A DNA stretch of 64,000 nucleotides from a virus: positions 1-64,000 of the IMG/VR virus record IMGVR_UViG_3300037010_001749, one strand, 5' to 3'. This document shows, piece by piece, positions 48,807 to 57,200 of the stretch. A program made the position numbers and the translations under genes. The notes under the pieces are model-generated. The model saw only the letters and a program-made list of their open reading frames with translations, was not told the DNA's origin and made no database searches. Positions within the stretch are counted from its first letter, which is position 1. Each line of letters starts with the position of its first letter.

Positions 48807-48854
48807 CGTTGCTTCTCCTTGGCCGTTGTCACCGGCTCACATCGATCGTTCGGT
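48750..48854 (+). repeat. attC site, 105 bp
   Basis: GCCTAAC...GTTCGGT. Confidence 0.88.
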
Positions 48855-48861
48855 GTGTTGC

Positions 48862-49143
48862 TCACCGCGAGCAACCCAAATGCTTGCCGTCGCTCGTCAT
48901 GCGTGGCGTGAGTCCGCCGGCCGAAGTGCGCAGATACTGGCACCCGGTCAGCGCGTCGGTGCTGGGCACCAAGCCGCTGCGGGCGCCCCACGCGCCGGGG
49001 TCCGTGTCATCGCGCCCAATGGGCAGCAGGCCCACAACCAGCATCATGGCCACGCCAATCAGCAGGTACTTCCCGCACCAGCGGGCGAACATTTTTGCTT
49101 CTATCAACGACACGCCTAACCCCTCGTTGCAACCGAGCCCCAA
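48862..49143 (-). CDS. Cassette 9: small membrane-anchored protein (DUF6440-like); start uncertain
   Basis: Hydrophobic segment, then D..TGCQYL....GGLTPR...DGK. Confidence 0.55.
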   Translation of the reverse strand: MGLGCNEGLGVSLIEAKMFARWCGKYLLIGVAMMLVVGLLPIGRDDTDPGAWGARSGLVPSTDALTGCQYLRTSAGGLTPRMTSDGKHLGCSR

Positions 49144-49219
49144 CAGGCTGCGGTCAGTTGTGGCCTTTCGGCCTGCTTATGCACGGCCTGTTGGGGCCGG
49201 CTGAACTCGAACGTTCGGC
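49114..49219 (+). repeat. attC site, 106 bp
   Basis: GCCTAAC...GTTCGGC. Confidence 0.92.
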
Positions 49220-49220
49220 A

Positions 49221-49523
49221 TCAATACCGGCTTTCGAGTTTCGCCAGCGCCGCTTTGATGATCGACTGCATCACCTCATCGGTCATGTGCTTGGCCATTG
49301 CGTCCTTGATGCCGGTTTCCAGCAGCGGCGCGTAGGTGGCCAGCACTTCCTTTTCGATCAGTTCGCGCACGTACCGCTTGACGACATCATCGAATGGGTT
49401 GTTGTAGCTCTTGGACAGTTCAGCGATGCTGCGCTGAACGGCACCCTTCACTACTTCACCGATCTGGCTGTCCATCACAGTCTTGGCGATGAACTCGTTA
49501 ATTTGCTGCGGGGTCAGTTCCAT
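49221..49523 (-). CDS. Cassette 10: helical hypothetical protein
   Basis: AAGGA RBS; fills the cassette. Confidence 0.7.
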   Translation of the reverse strand: MELTPQQINEFIAKTVMDSQIGEVVKGAVQRSIAELSKSYNNPFDDVVKRYVRELIEKEVLATYAPLLETGIKDAMAKHMTDEVMQSIIKAALAKLESRY

Positions 49524-49546
49524 GTCGTTTCCTTCTGTGCGTTGAT

Positions 49547-49651
49547 GCCGAACTGGCAGTTCAAGCAGAGCCCCAACGGCGGCCTGCTTTTGTGGTTAAA
49601 AACTCCGGCGTCCGTGGCGCCGTTGGTACCTGCTTAACCTAAACGTCAGCC
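49547..49651 (+). repeat. attC site, 105 bp, R' degenerate (GTCAGCC)
   Basis: GCCGAAC-TGGCA-GTTCAAGC...GCTTAAC-CTAAAC-GTCAGCC. Confidence 0.85.
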
Positions 49652-49687
49652 GGCACCAATACCCTCGGTGCCGGCATACTCGTGTTG

Positions 49688-49966
49688 TCAGAACGTGGTG
49701 GGCTGCGCAATGCCGCGAATCAACTTCATGAAGCCCACTTGCAGGTCAGTGGCTCCCATGCTGACCCACCGCTGGTCAAGGTCCAGTGACAGCGGCCTGC
49801 CATCGGCCACAGGCGTATCGGTGCGCGTGATGTCAGGGTGTTGACGCAGTTTCGCCACAAAAGCGCCGCACTGCTCGGCCAGCGCCTTGCCCTCGTTCAT
49901 CAGCGCTACTTCAGCACCGCTCAGTTGACGGTAGCCCGTCACTTTCGGTTGAATCATCGTTTCCAT
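49688..49966 (-). CDS. acb2: Cassette 11: Acb2-family anti-CBASS cyclic-nucleotide sponge
   Basis: 92 aa; K.TGYR.LS..E..LMN..K...RW...G.TD.Q.G.M..IR.IAQP..F matches the Acb2 pattern as I recall it. Confidence 0.85.
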   Translation of the reverse strand: METMIQPKVTGYRQLSGAEVALMNEGKALAEQCGAFVAKLRQHPDITRTDTPVADGRPLSLDLDQRWVSMGATDLQVGFMKLIRGIAQPTTF

Positions 49967-50006
49967 GTGGTTCCTTAAGTTGCATGCCAGCGTTGGTGCG
50001 GGTGCT

Positions 50007-50076
50007 GGCTAACCCATCGCTCAAGCGGATTTGCCACGGAGTACCAAGTCAAACGCGCTTAGCTTGAACGTTCGGT
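50007..50076 (+). repeat. attC site, 70 bp
   Basis: GGCTAAC-CCATC-GCTCAAGC...GCTTAGC-TTGAAC-GTTCGGT; near-identical to 46862-46931. Confidence 0.92.
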
Positions 50077-50310
50077 CCGTTCATTCGCCACCGCCACTGC
50101 ATCAAGCACACCCGGCTTCATCGCCAGTTCCAGCAGGCTGCCCATCATGCGCTTGCCGTGCGCCCGGTTGGCATCCAGTAGATCGATGTACTTCTTGCGA
50201 TACTGGTGAAGTTCTTCGTTTTCCTCGCGCAGCCGCTCTAGTTCGTGATGCATGTCCAGCACGTCGGCGGCCATCTGCACAGCCAGGGGCACTTTGTAGT
50301 CTCGCCTCAT
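50059..50310 (-). CDS. Cassette 12: coiled-coil hypothetical protein
   Basis: GGAG RBS; stop lies in the L' box of the next attC. Confidence 0.65.
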   Translation of the reverse strand: MRRDYKVPLAVQMAADVLDMHHELERLREENEELHQYRKKYIDLLDANRAHGKRMMGSLLELAMKPGVLDAVAVANERTERSS

Positions 50311-50329
50311 CTCGTTTCTCCACCAACGG

Positions 50330-50365
50330 GCCTAACCCGTCGCTCAAGTTGAGAGCCAACGGCGC
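50330..50365 (+). repeat. attC left half-site (right border of array)
   Basis: GCCTAAC-CCGTC-GCTCAAGT..GAGAGCCAACGGC; no right arm, runs into the next phage gene. Confidence 0.8.
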
Positions 50366-50377
50366 CAGCAGGCACCG

Positions 50378-51289
50378 TCATGCCGCCTCCTTAGCCTTGA
50401 GGAGGCCCAGTTGGTGGGCGATACCTTCGATCTCATCGAAGGCGATGTCATGGCAGCCGACCACGATATTGCCGTTGGTGCAGATCTTCGTCAACTCGTA
50501 GTGACCCAAGGTCATGCCTACCTCGTAGTCCTTCTTGCCCTTCATGACGCGCTGGATGACCGGCCAGAGCTTCTTCGCGTCTTCGACGGGGATGCTGGCG
50601 TGGCGGCTGGTCTGGATCATGAACGACGGCAAGTCCAGCCGCAGCATCGTCGGAAGATCCCGGCTGAGCGCTGGGCTCCCACTCCGCCGCCAGGCTGTAA
50701 TGGCGACGGCCTGCAGCCTCCGAAAGGCCTTGGCCTGCGACACTGCGCGGCGTTTCTCCGAGACGGCTTTCTTGGCCAGGTGCTCGCGGTGCTGCTCCGG
50801 GCTCCACGTCGCCGCATCGATCGGCTTGATACGGGCCTTGTGCTTCAGCAGCTTCGCAAACTGGTTGAAGTCGGCGGTGATCTGCGCCGCTTGGCTGAGG
50901 TAGACAGGCCGATTGCCGTCGGCCTTGGCGCGTAGGGCCTTGGCCAGCAGGTTGTCGACGAGGGCCTGAGTGCCTTCCGTGTCCGGCGCGTCGTGCTCCG
51001 GGTTCAGCACGGACACCTGCTTCAGGTGCCTGGTGGCGTGTCGTGCCTCCCAGACGTGCCTGTTTGTCGTGGAAGAATTCTTCTCCAGGTTGATGGCCAC
51101 CCAGCCGCCGGGTAAGTGGCGACCGATGCAGTAGTGCTTGCCGTAGCTGTAGAAGTAGTCGCCTTCGACGAAGGCCTGGATGACGCGGCCGCCGTTCATG
51201 CCGGGACGCTCGGGCATCCGAGCTTCAGCCTGCCGTTTGTGGGCCCAGATGTGGGCCAGTTCTTCCGAGTGGTTGTACACCGTCTTCAT
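50378..51289 (-). CDS. Hypothetical early protein, ~303 aa
   Basis: GAGG RBS; ATGA overlap with the upstream ORF; YSYG.HY and GCH motifs. Confidence 0.7.
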   Translation of the reverse strand: MKTVYNHSEELAHIWAHKRQAEARMPERPGMNGGRVIQAFVEGDYFYSYGKHYCIGRHLPGGWVAINLEKNSSTTNRHVWEARHATRHLKQVSVLNPEHDAPDTEGTQALVDNLLAKALRAKADGNRPVYLSQAAQITADFNQFAKLLKHKARIKPIDAATWSPEQHREHLAKKAVSEKRRAVSQAKAFRRLQAVAITAWRRSGSPALSRDLPTMLRLDLPSFMIQTSRHASIPVEDAKKLWPVIQRVMKGKKDYEVGMTLGHYELTKICTNGNIVVGCHDIAFDEIEGIAHQLGLLKAKEAA

Positions 51290-54200
51290 GCGATGAGTCC
51301 TCGTTGTCTTGCGTACTCGACCAGATGGGGTTGCCACTCAGCTTCGCTGTTGGCTGACCGACTATTGAAGCCGGCGAGGCGTGGAGCGGTCAGGTAACCC
51401 GACTCGATCTCCTCGTTGATGGCCTCGACATCAAGGCTGAAAATCTCGCGCCCCCTCGGGGTGCTGAGGCTGGCGTATCCGTCGCCTCGTTCAAACCACA
51501 CGCTGGCCACGTACTCGTGGTCAGCGATCTTCTTTGCCATGGCGGCTCCTTAGGGCTAGAGAACCCGGCCGATGCGGTCCTGGCCTTTGATCTTGATGGC
51601 CATGTCAGTACAGGTTCTCGCTGTACAGCGTCCCATCGTTGGCATCGTCGCCACCGCAGCGGCGGACGATCTGGCCTGCCGCTTCGGCAACCTTCCAGGC
51701 CACCGTCCGAGACATGAACACACCGTGCTGGTCGATGAAGCCCTGCTCCTCTTTCGGGTCATGCGGAGTGAAGGCCTGCACGAGTCGCCACTGGTCGCGC
51801 ATCACCAGGTCCCAGTGCCGGGCGCCGACCAGCATGTGGTAGTCGCCGATCTTGGTGGCCGCGCAAACGACGCGTCTCATCGCACACCTGACAGGTTCTC
51901 GTACTCTTCGACGCCCATGATGACGCACTCGATGACAGCCAGGCCGTCTCGAAGCCACATCGGGCACTCGCGCTTGGCCTGCTGCCCGTCTTCCTCCGTC
52001 AGGTGGAACTGGTTCGCACCCTTCTCGAAGCCCAGCGGCTTGCCGGCGCGATCCTTCTGCATGGCCACCCACACTTGAGTCGGCGCCGTCACTTCAGCAC
52101 ACCTGCAATCTTGGCGTACTTCTCGAGCAGTTCCGGGAACGCATCTTCGATGCGCCGGATGCTGTCGTCGTCAGCCACGAGGTAGGCCTCGGCCAACTTG
52201 GCGGCGAACCCTCCGCCGTAGGCTCGCATCACCCGGATGATGTCCAGGCGGTCGTTCAGTTCGTAGTGCATGACGCCTCCTTAGCGCTGAGGAGCCAAGG
52301 TATAGAAGCGGACCGCCGCATCGCGGCGCCAGGCATCCAGCAGTTCACCGTCAGCGCCGGGATACTTCTGGACCTTGTCGCCCACCCAGGCCCGCTGCAG
52401 GTTCTCCTTCAGACGTTCCGCCTGAACTGGGTCAGCAAAGCGCGACACCGTGAGCAACTCGTTGGGCGGGTCGCACACGACGGTGTACAGCGTCGGGTGG
52501 TAGAGCGGCGGGATACCCGCCTTCTGCTGATGCCACGTGCTCAAGCTCGATCCTCCTTAGCGTTGAGGGCGTTGGCGATAACCTGGGCCTGCCCCATGCC
52601 GGAGCACTCGCAGACGACCTGGTTTCCGTACCAGTCGTCGCCTGCCTCTCGTGCGTACGGCGGCGGGTCGATGTTCGTGTCCACCACTGAGGCATCAAAG
52701 CAGCAGGCATGGCCGAGGATGCTGCGCTCCACAGCCTTGTACCGCGGCGTCATGTCACCTCCCGCAAGGTGGCCTTGTCGCGCAAGTCAGCACGCCACTG
52801 CTCGGCCCAGCTGGTCAAGTCTGGGATGTGCTCACGGACAAGCTCGCACACCATGTCCGCGAAGTAGCCTGCGGCGCAGCGCTGCCAGAACTCATCGGCG
52901 TTGCCGTAGCAACACGCGCCCAGGCTTTCCTCGCCCAGCATCTCGCCACGGTGCCATAGGCTCACGTCGGCGTTGAACCAGGCGAAGTCCTCGATCTCGC
53001 GGTACTGCTGCGGCGTCCACCCGCACTCCTTCACGAAATGCCGGTGCATGCTGACCGACTCTTCCGGAGGAGCATCGAAGCAAATCATGTAGTCGGTGCC
53101 AGGGATCACAAGCACTGGTTTCATTTCTGCCTTTCAGCGAGGCCAGAGGCTGCGGCGGCTTCCGCATGCTCCAGCGAACCCAGGTAGCTGCGGCCTTCAA
53201 TGGCGCGCAGTTCGGTCAGGCGGTCGCCCAACTCCTTAGCCCTGAGGAATTCGTCCCCGGCCAGCCGGCTGCCCAGCGCCTTCAGGATCAGCAGTGTGTC
53301 GAACTTGTTGAGTTCGAAGATCCAGTTGGGCTTGAGGTGCAGTTGCGGCTTGTCGATTCGTTCACCGTTCATCGGCTATCCCTCATCTTGTCCACGTTGA
53401 AGCGCTTGATCCAGCGCTCGATGATCGTGTCGCACACGCCCAGGCCATCCAGCAGCCCATCGAGGTCTTCCGCACGCAGGCATAGGCTGACGTGCCCGTA
53501 ACTCTCGTGGCTTTCGATACCCCGCTCCGGATCACCCTTGAACGCCTCGTCGAGCATGTCAATCAGCTGAGTGACGTAGTAGCCACCTGGCTGCTGATTG
53601 CGCTCTTCGGCGTCACGCAGCACAAACTCCAGCCGGTGCCCATGCCAGGTCTTGACGTTGAGCCAGCCGTCGACGTGGGTCAGCTCAGCATAGATGTCGT
53701 CGTCGTCGCTCACAGCTTCTCCGCCACCAAGCCAGCGAGCATCGTGCGCATGGCCTGGGTGTAGCCCATCAGGTAGAGATCGCCGTTCTCCTTAGCGTTG
53801 AGTATGATGTTGTCCAGGCCCTGGAACATCGATTCGATGCGGTAGTCATCGACTAGCCGGTTGCGCCGTCGGCGGTCAGGCCGCTCGATCCCTTGATTGT
53901 CGGTGTAGTAGTCCATGTCAGGTCTCCACGATTCGTGCGTCCCAGCCGTAGGCGATACTCTCGCCTCCCTTGGACAGCATGTTGAACATCTGCTTGATGT
54001 CATCGAGCACGTCATTTGGGTCACGCAGCATCTCGCCTTCCTCGGACGGGAGAAGCGTGACCATGATGTGCACGGGCTTCGCCCGCGGCTCGCCATCATC
54101 GGGGCCATCGGCCCCGGCACGCTCGAAAGGCTCGTGGCTGTCGCAGCCGTCGTCGTACTCTTCAGGGAGCATCAGCTTTCCTCGGGTGCAGCGTAGAGCT

Positions 54201-57200
54201 GCTCAACGACAAGGTCCTGGGGCCGGGCCAGCGGCGGTTGGGTGTAACGCCAATGTTGCGACTCATCGGAGTTCTTCCAGAACCAGCGCGTGCCTGCGTA
54301 ATACGTCAAGGGGCTCGCCTGAAAGGCGGCCTGCAGCATTGCTCCATAACCATCTTCTTCAACCGCCTCCATGGCGTCGAGCATCGCTCGTGTCGCCACG
54401 GTGGGCACCAGCTTCCAGTGGGTCACAGGTCCACCTCGCGCCCATCGGGCATGATCAGCGTGGTCTCGGTGCTGATACCGAGCACCGCGTCGAGGATCTT
54501 GAGGCTGTAGCTGGGCAGGGCCGGCGCCACGAGATTTTCGAGCGTCTCGTGCAGGGTTTCCACGTGGTCGTCCTGGTTGGGGTCGAAGTCGTCGGGCACT
54601 TCGACCTCGAACGTCTCGCGCTCCCAGACGGCCTGGTCGCGTTGGATTCGGATCTTCATTCAATGCCTCCAAACAAAGCCGTCTTCGGTGAGGAAGCCGC
54701 CGCCGATGCCACGTTCGGTGTAGGCGCCTTGCAGGGCGTACTCGAGGACGTCAAGCTGGGTGAGTCTCACCGCCCGGCTCCTTCGCGTCCTGGTACATCG
54801 GGCACGACGGCGTCAGGCCGTCACAGTTTTCGCGAATCAGACGCCGACGGACTTCCGCGTAGCCGTCGCTCATGGCGCAATAGCTGTCGCCGTCCTGATC
54901 TGCGTCTCGGTAGGGGCATCGCCCGCACTCGGTCACAAAGAAGCTGAAGCCCTTCACAGCAGCCTCGCTACTTCAAGGCGAAACTGGTCAATCATCCTGG
55001 TAACGTGCCAGGTGATCGGTAGCACGTCATCGACGCGCCACCATGAGCCGGCCCTGATCTTCTTCGGCGTGAAGCCCCAGGCCTCGATGTCCTGCGCCTT
55101 CATCACGAAGGGCAGGGCCGCGTTGAGTTCGGCGGTGCTCACGTAGAGCACACCGTCGATCATTTCAGTCTTCAAAGGACCTCCTTAGGGCTGAGGATCA
55201 GGCAAAGCGCTGGGCGCTCTCTCGGTACCAGACATACTCTTCTTGGGCCCAGATCCAGTCTGGGTAGCCAAGGCACTTGACGGCTTGCCAGATTTCCTCG
55301 CAAGCCCCGGCCTGGCCTTCAGCGTAGGCCTTGACGTATTCGGCGTACACCTCCTCGGGTACGTCCATCACTGCAGTTTCGCCAACTGTTGCTTGCCCAG
55401 CGTAGTCAACCACAGCTTGCCCGCTGAGTCCACCGTGATGTACCTCAGGTCATCGAAGTAGGTGGCCCACAGCCGCGGGCCCACCGGATCGAAATCGTCG
55501 AAGAAGATGACCTTGGTGGCACCGCCACCAGTGTTGTGCACGTACTGCAGCACCTGCTTTTGGAATGTGCTCATCCCGCCTCCTTAGCGTTAGGGAGCCG
55601 CCGGTGCTCCTGCCGGTCGTCTTTCAGCCGCTTCTCGACCCGGTCACCAGTCCCGCCGTTGACGGCGATGTGCACAAGGCCGTCGACCCAGGGCTCGCAG
55701 TAGAAGCTGACCGTGTTGGCCACCAGGATGGCGGCCAGGCGTTGGGCCGTGGCCTCATGCATCTCGAAGATGGCGACCCCATCGGGACCACCCTTGATGA
55801 GCAGGGCCACGTCAGTCCCCCGGCGTGTCGCTGCTGGGCGCGTCGTAGCTGGCGTCGGCACCACCGCCGCCGAAGTCACCACCGCCGCCGGACTCAATTC
55901 CGTCGGTGCCGCCGAAGCCCACGGTCGGACGGCCTGTGCCCTCGGGAATCTCGGGGCTGTCCTGGATCGCATCGACGATCAAGCTGCCCACAGCCATGGC
56001 CTCGGTAGGCAGTGCGCCGACTGCCGGCGGCGCCCAGTGAAGCTCCAGCGCCTCGGGGTAGAAGGTTCTGCCATAGCATTCGGCATAGTGCGTCACGTAA
56101 ACACGGCCCGAACTGCTGGCGTTGTTCGGCGCGCTGGCGTCGTCCAGGCGCCAGACGTCACCCCACTTGTCAGTGATCCGCTGGCCGGCCACAACAGGCT
56201 TGAACCACTTGTCCAGCAGCGTATAAGTGCCGTTGTACCCTTGCTTTTCCATGTCTGACTCTCCTTAGTCCTGGGGAACGTAATTCTTGAAAAAGACCCG
56301 GCCATAGCTCTGACTCGGGACCTCATCGGGAAACGCGCTGCGGCTTCCGCAGCGATCTTGGTTGGGTAGAGCACGTCGCGCAAGTCTTGCACGCGCCAAA
56401 GATCCACGACATCAGGCATCGCCTACGTGGCGCAAGTAATCAGTCACTTGGTTTCCTTTGCCAGTGAGCGGGCCACACGTGCCCGCAGCTTCTCAAACTG
56501 CACCATCTCATCGGTAATCTCGTCGAGCACCTCGTCGTAATAGTTGACATCGGGGCAGGTGGCGATCTGGTTGTGCAATTCCGCGATGGCCAGGCCCAGG
56601 CCCTCGTGGACCATCTTCAGGTTCTTGCCTGTGAAGATCACGGAGCGCACCCCATGATCTGCTTGCGCACCCAGACATCCTGCTCGCGCCGGTCGATCAG
56701 TTCCTTCAGCGCGTCAGCCAGATCCTGGCTGTCCACGTGCTCGAAGTCTCCAGTGGGTAAACGCGCTCCGCGGTTGGCTGACAGGCCCCCCTCGTGGCGC
56801 ATGCGGCGCAGCTTGCTGTGCATCGTGTGCAACTCCTCAAGGCTAAGGTTCAGTACGGTCCCCAGTCGTATGAGTAGGGCACGTCGAACCAGGCCTGCTG
56901 CGGCGACATGCCTGCTTCGAAGCGGCTCTTCCATGCCTGGCGTTCTTCCAGCGGGCCGGACTCCGCGTCATAGTGCGCCAGCTTCTTCTCGGCGGCGATG
57001 CGCTTGAGTTCGGCAAACCACACAGCCTTGTCCCAAGGCAGGCCCACCAGGTGCTTGTGGCGGTTCACCACGTTGAAGTAGATGCCGTCCTCGTCACTGG
57101 CGAAGTAGCCGACGATGCGCTTGCCTTTGTGCTCGGTCACGGCCGGCACGCTGAAGTAGGTGTCAGCGTAGCCGCTGGCGTAGCAGGTGAGTCTCAGCTG

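Larger units (their letters stand above)
44611..50365. mobile_element. Integron-type gene cassette array, 12 cassettes, no integrase in window (CALIN-like); attC top strand on +, all ORFs on -
   Basis: 11 full attC sites (RYYYAAC-N5-L''...L'-N6-GTTRRRY, 70-120 bp) plus 2 half-sites, each pair enclosing 1-2 ORFs; the two ends of a cassette are complementary over 9-13 bp. Confidence 0.92.

Noticed and set aside
44611-50365. CRISPR array or simple REP/terminator repeats as the explanation for the repeated elements
   Set aside because: Units are 70-120 bp, heterogeneous, separated by whole genes and carry R/L box geometry; no cas genes and no U-tracts
44611-50365. Plus-strand ORFs (e.g. 46848..47489, 47069..47797, 48514..49119) as the true cassette genes
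   Set aside because: They cross attC boundaries and show no recognisable motifs, whereas the minus-strand ORFs fit the cassettes, have RBSs and match known families
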